In this document: positions 24,948 to 32,000 of the stretch, one piece after another
How positions within the stretch are numbered: the stretch's first letter is position 1
Layout of the letters: each line of letters begins with the position of its first letter
NCBI GenBank assembly: GCA_049671305.1
Contig: JBATUR010000045.1
Coordinates: 27,526 to 59,525, forward strand
DNA: 32,000 nucleotides
Reading direction: 5' to 3'
From: Coleofasciculaceae cyanobacterium
Lineage (GTDB): Bacteria > Cyanobacteriota > Cyanobacteriia > Cyanobacteriales > Coleofasciculaceae
Made by a program: the position numbers and the translations under genes
Notes under the pieces: generated by a model
Seen by the model: only the letters and a program-made list of their open reading frames with translations
What the model was told of the DNA's origin: nothing
Database searches by the model: none

Positions 24948-25643
24948 ATTGGTGTTAGATAGTTGTTTCAAAGCTTCCCAGTTCAAGACATCTTGCAATA
25001 ATGCCTGATATCCAGCAACATTAGGATGCAACCCATCTTGACACAGATGTTGGTTGCACCAATCATTACCCCGCGAAATCCAGCTATCAAATACGTCTAA
25101 ATAGGGAATTTGTCGCTTTTGGCAGGCAAGGCGGGTTGCTTCTTTATAACGGTATTGGTCGGCGTGGTTATAGTAAAAACAATCCAGAAATGGCATACTA
25201 GCTTCATTAACTGGAACCATGCCGACAAAAAAAACCGGACACAAGCGCTGTGCTTGGTCTAATAAATTTGCTAGTTCTGGTGAGAATGTCTCAAAATCTG
25301 TATAATTTTTGCCATCAGGGCGTCCCAAACGAGCTGAATCATTGACGCCAACAGAGAGGATAATAGCATCAGGGACGCGATTTTTGAGCTCACCGCGATG
25401 GCGAAATTCTTGCTCAACACGTTGCTGGACTTGCTTTACACCGTCGCCTCTCACGCCTAAATTATAAAGTACATGACCAGGACTATCTGGATGCATCCAC
25501 TGGCGTCGCAGTCTCTCTACCCAACCGCCGCCTTCTGGGTCACCAAATCCATAAATCAGACTATCTCCCAATACTACCAGCTTTAGGGGCGATAGTTGGT
25601 TTTGATGAAATGACTGTAAGCTTGGAGCAACAAGTGTTTGCAT
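24933..25643 (-). CDS. SGNH/GDSL-family hydrolase
   Basis: Block I VVLGDSLIYGFGD, block III GVNDS and block V DGLHPN are present. The track start is a TTG at 25649. I prefer the ATG at 25643. Confidence 0.85.
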   Translation of the reverse strand: MQTLVAPSLQSFHQNQLSPLKLVVLGDSLIYGFGDPEGGGWVERLRRQWMHPDSPGHVLYNLGVRGDGVKQVQQRVEQEFRHRGELKNRVPDAIILSVGVNDSARLGRPDGKNYTDFETFSPELANLLDQAQRLCPVFFVGMVPVNEASMPFLDCFYYNHADQYRYKEATRLACQKRQIPYLDVFDSWISRGNDWCNQHLCQDGLHPNVAGYQALLQDVLNWEALKQLSNTNLAAA

Positions 25644-25967
25644 AGACAACAGTACCGGATCAGTTAATTGTTAACAGCTCGAAACATACGCACAGATTTT
25701 ACATCATGGTAGATCATTATGGGCATTATAAGTATATTTGCTGATCTAATCATGGCGGCATCAAGGGTTGAAGTGCCAGATGAGATGGGCTAGACCAGAT
25801 AAATTGTAGCCTTATGTTCAATATTGGCATCTCTTTTTGCTGATCAATTCAAAAGCTCAGTAACTTCATCAACTCTTTAGATGCCGTCTGCTAAACTAAA
25901 AATACCTATAGCTGTCACCAAATGACTAAAGCTTTAGGTAATTCCACACAAACACCTAAAACGACTT

Positions 25968-26198
25968 ATGCTGCACAAGCGTTATCAATTTGATTCTAGC
26001 CAGATTATGCTCCGCGCCGAGGAGCTAGTTAGTGCAGCGTCTAATCGCTATCGGATTACAGTACAAGTAGCAAACCGTGCCAAGCGTCGTCGTTATGAAG
26101 ATTTTGAAAATATTGATGATCCGATGATGAAACCGGTATTACGGGCAATCATTGAAATGTCGGATGAATTAACCCAACCAGAAATTATTGGTGATTAA
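25968..26198 (+). CDS. rpoZ: DNA-directed RNA polymerase subunit omega
   Basis: 76 aa. [60 protein letters not shown] matches the cyanobacterial RpoZ pattern as I remember it. Confidence 0.85.
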   Translation: MLHKRYQFDSSQIMLRAEELVSAASNRYRITVQVANRAKRRRYEDFENIDDPMMKPVLRAIIEMSDELTQPEIIGD

Positions 26199-26842
26199 TG
26201 GCTATCGCTGCTGGTAGAAATATGGCGATCGCCTTTAAACTAATCAAAGTGATCAAAAAAAGCTTACGCCAACCAATGCCCTTAATCTTATTGGCGTTGA
26301 CTAGTGTTTGTCTTTTGGGAACAGATGTTAGATCAGATTTAGTGGGCACACAACCAGCAATTGCCCAAATTTTTACATCATCGGATGCCTGGCGCCAAGT
26401 TTATCAACTACTGCCGAATTTCCCCAAAGAAAATCAGTATGTGAACCAAGAAACGGGCAAGATAGATGAAAATAATACCTTAGCCAGTCGCTTAATTCGC
26501 TATCATGTTTTTGTGAAAAGTCGTCCGCCTGGTTATCGGATGGATTGGAAACTAACTTTGGCTGATTACTTGGGTGTAAATCAGTACTTGGTAGAATCTC
26601 AGTATCCGGGTAGTACTACTTTACGGACAAATCCGATGGAAAGCGATCGCGCCGTCATTAATAAGCTGACTCGTAAACAGCGAGATGACTTAGTTAATGT
26701 CTTAGCCAGCATCTTCAACACTAACCCACCAGAAGCAACAACAACAAAACCAGTTACCACGCCACCGCCAGCAAAACCACCCATTCCCAACAATACAAGA
26801 CCAAAGTTACCACAACCTGGGGCTGCTGAATTATTGCGTTAA
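26198..26842 (+). CDS. Hypothetical exported protein with a Pro/Thr-rich C-terminus
   Basis: The ATG overlaps the rpoZ stop (TAATG). There is a hydrophobic signal-like segment (PLILLALTSVCLLG). The true start may be an internal Met. Confidence 0.55.
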   Translation: MAIAAGRNMAIAFKLIKVIKKSLRQPMPLILLALTSVCLLGTDVRSDLVGTQPAIAQIFTSSDAWRQVYQLLPNFPKENQYVNQETGKIDENNTLASRLIRYHVFVKSRPPGYRMDWKLTLADYLGVNQYLVESQYPGSTTLRTNPMESDRAVINKLTRKQRDDLVNVLASIFNTNPPEATTTKPVTTPPPAKPPIPNNTRPKLPQPGAAELLR

Positions 26843-26889
26843 CATCCAGACATCAAGATTATTCTAGAGATCAATTCTCAACAATCTTA

Positions 26890-27255
26890 ATGGAACGTTT
26901 AATCAAACAAGGTGCAGGTTGGCGTCTGGGATGGAACCCGGAAGCGGTAGAATATCATGGTTTAGTTGGTGGAGATGATTGGGCGATCGAGCTTTCTGGG
27001 GCAGAGTTGGAAGATTTTTGCCGTTTATTGATGCAATTATCTCAAACCATGAGCCAAATGGCAAGTGAGTTGATGGATGAAGAGAAAATTGCTTGTGAAG
27101 CGGAAAGCAACCTACTTTGGATGGAAGTAGAAGGACTACCATCAGCTTATAGCCTGAGTTTTATTTTAAATACAGGGCGACGCTGTGAGGGAAGTTGGCA
27201 TCAAGAGGCGGTTTCTGGTTTAGTGCAAGCGGCGGCATCGCTCAAAGTATTTTAG
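26890..27255 (+). CDS. Conserved cyanobacterial hypothetical protein (I believe DUF1818 family)
   Basis: 121 aa. MERLIKQGAGWRLGWNPEAVEYHGLVGGDDWAIELSGAELEDFCRLL resembles the DUF1818 pattern from memory. Not verified. Confidence 0.55.
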   Translation: MERLIKQGAGWRLGWNPEAVEYHGLVGGDDWAIELSGAELEDFCRLLMQLSQTMSQMASELMDEEKIACEAESNLLWMEVEGLPSAYSLSFILNTGRRCEGSWHQEAVSGLVQAAASLKVF

Positions 27256-27302
27256 ATAGTTTTGTGGTTATCAAATGTTATGATATACTAGATAAGCTTA
27301 TT

Positions 27303-27376
27303 CGGGGCGTAGCGCAGCTTGGTAGCGCACCACTTTGGGGTAGTGGGGGTCGTGGGTTCAAATCCCGCCGCTCCGA
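27303..27376 (+). tRNA. tRNA-Pro, anticodon GGG
   Basis: Hand-folded cloverleaf. Acceptor CGGGGCG/CGCTCCG (one G-U pair). D arm GCGC-AGCTTGGTA-GCGC. Anticodon arm CCACT-TTGGGGT-AGTGG (anticodon GGG with G37). T arm GTGGG-TTCAAAT-CCCGC. Discriminator A. CCA is not encoded. The track ORF 27195-27380 is spurious. Confidence 0.9.
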
Positions 27377-27591
27377 TTGAAAAAAAATTAAAGTTATACA
27401 TCCCTAAATTTTTGCTTAAGATGGCAAATTGTCATATTAAGATTTAATCTTAAAGTTACTACGGTTTATGAGCAGCAAGGCAATCGTTAATTTCCGCTTG
27501 CTAATCACACTGACGCCATACAAAAAACATGACAGCGCTACAGCTAACTGCTAAAGTGCGATCAGATTAGTTGTATCTTTGAAGACGAGCA

Positions 27592-29496
27592 ATGCTAAAG
27601 CGTCTAACCAGTCGCCCTGTTCTTATTGCAGCAGTGATTATCGGCTTTATTGCTCTTGCACCAATCATTGTACTCTTTCCCAAGCCGCCAATCGTGACCT
27701 CTGCTCCTGGGTTGCTAACTGATCCCTTTTTGCAACTGCCGACACAAACATCAGTGCGAGTGGTTTGGTTTACCGAATTTGCAGGCACTAAACATAGCGT
27801 AGCTTATGGACAGGGGCTGACACAAAAAGTGTCCGCGACCAGCATCAAACTAACACGCATACGTGAAGACCAAAATTCCTCAGTTGGCAAACAAATTAAA
27901 GACGCCCAAATCTACAAAAAGCCCACAAAACGGGACATTTGGCGTCATGAAGCAATTATCAGTAAATTAACAGCAGGGCAACGGGTTCCCTACCAAGTTA
28001 CAAGTATACGGGAAGATGGGCAAACTCTCAGTAGTCAGCAATTTACCTTAACATCTGCACCGAAACAACAAGTACCCCTCAAAATCTTACTAACTTCAGA
28101 CCATCAATTAATGCCGATGACAGCAGCAAACCTGCAAAAGGTAGACAAAACAATCGGCAAAGTTGATGCAATCTTTATGGCTGGAGACTTAGTTAATATA
28201 CCTGATCGTGCCTCAGAATGGTTTGATGATAATCGAGGCGGCGCTTTTTTTCCTGTCCTCCAAGGACGTGCCAATTATCAACTAGAACGAGAAGGAATTA
28301 AAACGACATATAAAGGCGCTTCCTTAATTCAATATGCTCCTTTATTTACAGCTACCGGCAACCATGAAGTAATGGGGCGTTTTTCAATGGAAAGCAGTTT
28401 AAATGACCAATTCAACGACGCTTATCCCCGCATAGCTGCCCAGGCAATTTACAAAAAAAATGCCAAAAAATTGAATAGTAAAAATAATGCCAAATTTCGA
28501 GAAAATTGGTTAACAAATAATTCCTTTAATACCGATACATACAACGAAATATTTACCCAACCGCAAGGGAAGAATTATTATGCCATAACTTTTGGCGATA
28601 TTCGCTTAGTAGTTTTGTATGCCACAAATATTTGGAGAACACCCAGTTTAGATGTAGAAGCAAGAGGCAGATATCGTGAACGCAAGCTTGACTTAAATAA
28701 CCCTGTAAAATGGGGTTATGGACAGCATATATTTGAACCTATAGCCAAAGGAAGCGAGCAGTATCAATGGTTACAGACAGAACTAAATAGTTCGCAGTTC
28801 AAACAAGCTAAGTATAAAATCGTGATGTTTCACCATCCGCCCCATACTTTAGGTGACAATATTGTACCAGCTTATACTAATCCCATTCAGCGAATTAATC
28901 GAGATAAAAAAAGAAAAATTAACTCAGTAAGTTATAGATATCCCAAAGCAAATGATTATCTAACTCGTGACGTTGTGCCACTTTTGGAAAAATCTGGAGT
29001 ACAAATGGTATTTTATGGACATTCCCATCTATGGAATCGCTTTCAATCAGCTAATGGCACACACTTTTTAGAATCTTCTAATGTGGGCAATACTTATGGT
29101 GCATATATTGGTAATAAAAAGCGTCCTATACCAACTGGTTATGGCGTAGATTATAGCGCCGTCGGTGATCCTAATGGGTTGAAACCGGTGATGCCAACAA
29201 TTGCACCGTTAATGGGTGAAAATCAGCAAACATTACCCTATATAGCTAGTAATGATATTACGACTTTTAGTATTTTAGACACAGCGACGGGTATGGTAAG
29301 TAGCTATCGATTTGATACACGAGTACCTAATTCGGATGTAGTCAAATTTGATGAGTTTAGAATTGCTCAACCGCTGAATTTAGAACCCAAAACCAATAAT
29401 CTAGTAGCACTTGTGATGATTTCACTTATTGTGGCAACTATCTTGATATCTGCTTGGTTAGTTGGCAATCAAGTTAATATTTTCACGAAAATGTAG
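27592..29496 (+). CDS. Metallophosphoesterase (purple-acid-phosphatase-like) with an N-terminal signal/TM and a C-terminal TM anchor
   Basis: 634 aa. Calcineurin-like motifs are present (LTSDHQ, AGDLVN, TGNHE, MFHHPPH, GHSHLW). An FN3-like PAP N-domain is present (PFLQLPTQTSVRVVWFTEF). Confidence 0.85.
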   Translation: MLKRLTSRPVLIAAVIIGFIALAPIIVLFPKPPIVTSAPGLLTDPFLQLPTQTSVRVVWFTEFAGTKHSVAYGQGLTQKVSATSIKLTRIREDQNSSVGKQIKDAQIYKKPTKRDIWRHEAIISKLTAGQRVPYQVTSIREDGQTLSSQQFTLTSAPKQQVPLKILLTSDHQLMPMTAANLQKVDKTIGKVDAIFMAGDLVNIPDRASEWFDDNRGGAFFPVLQGRANYQLEREGIKTTYKGASLIQYAPLFTATGNHEVMGRFSMESSLNDQFNDAYPRIAAQAIYKKNAKKLNSKNNAKFRENWLTNNSFNTDTYNEIFTQPQGKNYYAITFGDIRLVVLYATNIWRTPSLDVEARGRYRERKLDLNNPVKWGYGQHIFEPIAKGSEQYQWLQTELNSSQFKQAKYKIVMFHHPPHTLGDNIVPAYTNPIQRINRDKKRKINSVSYRYPKANDYLTRDVVPLLEKSGVQMVFYGHSHLWNRFQSANGTHFLESSNVGNTYGAYIGNKKRPIPTGYGVDYSAVGDPNGLKPVMPTIAPLMGENQQTLPYIASNDITTFSILDTATGMVSSYRFDTRVPNSDVVKFDEFRIAQPLNLEPKTNNLVALVMISLIVATILISAWLVGNQVNIFTKM

Positions 29497-29746
29497 CAGC
29501 AAAGCCTGTAGCTTCAAAAGTATGATTAGTTAGCATTAGTTGATTAAAATTTATTGCAAAAGCTTACATTAAGTATATTCTTTCACGAGATATTAAAGAG
29601 CAATTCCTTATCTGGTAAGGGTTCCAGTACTTTTTCTTACTATTGAAAACTCATACTTCATAGGGAATAAGTAATTAGATAGACGTGGAAGCACTGATAT
29701 TTTGCTTTACTGAGAGTAGAGATTAAGTAGTTCGGGAGCATTAAAA

Positions 29747-29920
29747 ATGTCAGATAATAAAGATATAGGCTCCATAATTAGATCCGCTGCCGGAAACATC
29801 TTTTTTGCTTTTTTAACCATTCTTGGTGTCGCTTTCCTTTCTGGCATCCCTGTAGGCAAGGCAGCTCGCGAATTCTCAGACACAATGTTCCCCCCAAATA
29901 ACAGCGTGCAATACAAGTAA
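29747..29920 (+). CDS. Small single-pass membrane protein, 57 aa (below the ORF-track cut-off)
   Basis: The ATG at 29747 is preceded by GGGAG about 9 nt upstream. Product: MSDNKDIGSIIRSAAGNIFFAFLTILGVAFLSGIPVGKAAREFSDTMFPPNNSVQYK*. A strong intrinsic terminator follows about 60 nt downstream on the same strand. Confidence 0.5.
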   Translation: MSDNKDIGSIIRSAAGNIFFAFLTILGVAFLSGIPVGKAAREFSDTMFPPNNSVQYK

Positions 29921-29981
29921 TAATTATCTCTACAGGGAACAATCTTTTTACAGTGCATCTTACTCCCATCATCAGGATGTC

Positions 29982-30008
29982 CCCGCTCAAAATTGAGCGG
30001 GTTTTTTA
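29982..30008 (+). terminator. Rho-independent terminator
   Basis: Stem CCCGCTCA (29982-29989), loop AAAT, stem TGAGCGGG (29994-30001), then TTTTTT (30002-30007). Confidence 0.8.
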
Positions 30009-30543
30009 TCGCCTGCGCTTTTGTGTTAATTTAAATGAGTAAAATTTAGTAATGATTAATTAGCTCAAGTAGAAAATTCTGGATTTTTGGGCATTGGGAA
30101 TAAAGTTAAATGTATCTCCGCCAAATGAGAATTGCTATATAACAATTTTTAATTAATCTCAATAAGAAACGTTAGCATAAACAAGTCAGGAGCTGCTCTA
30201 TATTAAGTAGCTTTCTCTAAGAATTAATTACTAATAAAAATACTAGCTCTAACACAATCCAAAAGATTTGTCAGTGATAGAGAACTATTAGCGCTCAAAA
30301 GCCTTCATTTTTGAGTTTGAGTTAGCATTGAGCAAAAAAATGAGAAATAACCCAGAGCAAATCATTCTTAAAACAAAGTTAATAAAGCCAGTTTTTTCAA
30401 AATCTTCACACAAACAATTATTCTCCTATAGTTGAGTTGAATGATAGTCGCATAGAATCATAGATAAGTCTGGAGGCTTTTTAAAATCTCCTAAGTTTTC
30501 CTCAATAACTTCACTACAAAAAGCCGTTCTCAAGTTCGTTATT

Positions 30544-32000
30544 ATGCTGGAACTCTCACAGATATTTTTTGGTAAAGAAATTATCAACTATGGATATAGC
30601 TATCTGATAAAACTCGGTTTATTGTGGATAACTGTATTGATTAAAATGCTCATTAACTTCATTTGTATTTCAATTGCACCGCTAATAATTTTATACTTAC
30701 ATCAGTATTTAAATCTTTCCTTAAAAAAAATATGCGCGGGGTTGTTTCCTAAATTTGAAACCGAAGCATCATCAAGCCAAAGACTAGCTTTACTGGTTCA
30801 ACAAACCCCGCTAGCAGTAATTGAATGGACTGATGATTTTAAGATAGCTGCCTGGAATCCTGCCGCCGAAAAAATTTTTGGCTACAGTAAAAATGAAGCA
30901 TTAGGATGTCTTGGTATTGAATTAATAGTACCTCAGCAAGAGAGGAAACAAGTTAATCAAATTTGGGAGCAGTTGTTGCAGCAAGAAGGTGGAACACGTA
31001 GCACCAATCAAAATTGTACGAAAGAAGGTAAAACAATTTATTGCGAGTGGTATAACACGCCACTAATTAATAATAAAGGGCAGGTAATTGGTGTTGCTTC
31101 ACTAGTTCAAGATATCAGTGAGCGTAAACTTGCTCAACAAGCCGAGTCACAAGCAAAAGATGACCTAGAAGTGCAAGTAGAAGCACGTACCGCACAATTA
31201 AAGCAAGCCTTAATTGAGCTTAAAGAAGTAATTGCTTACCTAAAACAAGAAATTTCACAACGCCGGGAAGTAGAAGCCGCTTTAGAAGAAAGAGAACAAC
31301 AATATCGCTCAGTTGTTGATAACGTCAAAGAAGTTATTTTCCAAGCTGATATTTATGGTGACTGGACTTTTCTTAATCCTGCCTGGAGTGAAATCACGGG
31401 TTTTGGACTTGCCGACACAATTGGTACTTGTTGTTTAGATTACATTCATCCTAACGACAGACAAAACAATATAGAACAATTTCAATCTTTATTAAAACGC
31501 AAAAAAGAACATTGTCGCCACGAAGTTCGCTATCTCACAGCACAAGGTAATTACCGTTGGATCGAAATATTTGCTCAATTAAGCTTCGATGCCGAAGGCA
31601 CAATTAACGGCACTTGTGGCACTTTATATGACATCACAGAACGACATTTAGGCGAAGCTGCACTTCGGCAAAGTGAAGAAAGATTCCGTTCCTTAGTTGC
31701 CAATATTCCAGGGATAGTCTATCGTCGTGGACACGATCCGGAGTGGACAACATATTTCATCAGTCAAGAAATTGAAAAAATTTCTGGCTATCCAATTGCT
31801 GATTTATTGCATAATCAAGTCTGTAGTTTTGCTAGTTTAATTGAACCACAAGACCGCTTAAGAGTTGAAACAACTATCTCAAACTCTATAGCTCAAAAAC
31901 AACCCTACGTCATTGAATATCGGGCAATTTGTGCTGATAAAAGTGTAAAATACTTATATGAAAAAGGTCAAGGAGTCTTCGACAAAAACGGCAATTTACT
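30544..32000 (+). CDS. Multi-PAS sensory protein, partial (continues beyond the window). It has N-terminal TM segments and at least three PAS domains separated by a coiled coil.
   Basis: It is absent from the track because it has no stop in the window. From ATG 30544 I translated an open frame to the end: MLELSQIFFGKEIINYGYSYLIKLGLLWITVL...LALLVQQTPLAVIEWTDDFKIAAWNPAAEKIFGYSKNEALG...EREQQYRSVVDNVKEVIFQADIYGDWTFLNPAWSEITGF...SEERFRSLVANIPGIVYRR... Confidence 0.8.
   Translation, partial: MLELSQIFFGKEIINYGYSYLIKLGLLWITVLIKMLINFICISIAPLIILYLHQYLNLSLKKICAGLFPKFETEASSSQRLALLVQQTPLAVIEWTDDFKIAAWNPAAEKIFGYSKNEALGCLGIELIVPQQERKQVNQIWEQLLQQEGGTRSTNQNCTKEGKTIYCEWYNTPLINNKGQVIGVASLVQDISERKLAQQAESQAKDDLEVQVEARTAQLKQALIELKEVIAYLKQEISQRREVEAALEEREQQYRSVVDNVKEVIFQADIYGDWTFLNPAWSEITGFGLADTIGTCCLDYIHPNDRQNNIEQFQSLLKRKKEHCRHEVRYLTAQGNYRWIEIFAQLSFDAEGTINGTCGTLYDITERHLGEAALRQSEERFRSLVANIPGIVYRRGHDPEWTTYFISQEIEKISGYPIADLLHNQVCSFASLIEPQDRLRVETTISNSIAQKQPYVIEYRAICADKSVKYLYEKGQGVFDKNGNL

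Noticed and set aside
27195-27380. ORF 27195-27380 (+), 61 aa
   Set aside because: It is a read-through of the tRNA-Pro gene (27303-27376) and overlaps the end of the preceding CDS. It is an artefact.
2423-27788. The many 60-98-aa ORFs lying antisense or out of frame within long, well-supported genes. They start at 2423, 4026, 6650, 6958, 8147, 12810, 13458, 14220, 14425, 14888, 15078, 16401, 18321, 18539, 18571, 19218, 19611, 20206, 21827, 22504, 22811, 23211, 23682, 24551, 26599, 26903 and 27567.
   Set aside because: Each is fully or largely embedded in a longer ORF that has clear family motifs. Their compositions are the biased, Arg/Cys/Ser-rich kind expected of shadow frames. None has an obvious ribosome-binding site.
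29707-29990. Minus-strand ORFs 29707-29958 (83 aa) and 29778-29990 (70 aa). The first ends with ...MEPISLLSDIF..., echoing the MEPISL start of the module at 18373.
   Set aside because: Their sequences are Cys/Lys/Arg-rich and look non-protein-like, the two ORFs overlap each other, and no SD was seen. The 6-aa MEPISL match could be coincidence or a tiny gene remnant. The + strand ORF, with its SD, TM helix and terminator, explains the region better.
30339-30434. 31-aa ORF (MRNNPEQIILKTKLIKPVFSKSSHKQLFSYS) in the AT-rich region upstream of the PAS sensor gene
   Set aside because: It is very short, has no SD, and is of the kind expected by chance in AT-rich DNA. It more likely lies in the promoter/leader of the PAS gene.

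Overview
The window looks like a chromosomal segment from a filamentous, Nostocales-like cyanobacterium. Three things support this. By eye I count about 17 exact HIP1 octamers (GCGATCGC). Nested-hairpin small dispersed repeats are present. The gene content is typically cyanobacterial: cyanobacterial-type rpoZ, a CpmA/LarB homolog, an ABC1 kinase, a pentapeptide-repeat protein and a multi-PAS sensor. Housekeeping genes occupy both ends: a HAD hydrolase, two tandem family-5 ABC substrate-binding lipoproteins, larB, mannose-1-P guanylyltransferase, an LCP protein, an SGNH hydrolase, rpoZ, tRNA-Pro(GGG) and a metallophosphoesterase. The middle (about 6.3-21.6 kb) is a conflict/defence-type island. 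(i) A tightly packed minus-strand cassette holds McrC, McrB, a stand-alone ASCH protein, a 712-aa GNAT/PIN-like/ASCH-like multidomain protein, a possible mini-ORF and a 171-aa orphan. This cassette is my best candidate for an undescribed system. (ii) A divergently transcribed NACHT-HEAT STAND NTPase has no recognisable effector. (iii) An NB-ARC-TPR STAND gene has its N-terminal helical module cut off by a single in-frame TGA, and it also carries an in-frame hairpin-repeat insertion. (iv) A ParE/RelE-type toxin-antitoxin pair follows. All functional calls come from motifs read in the supplied translations and from memory of protein families. No database search was run.
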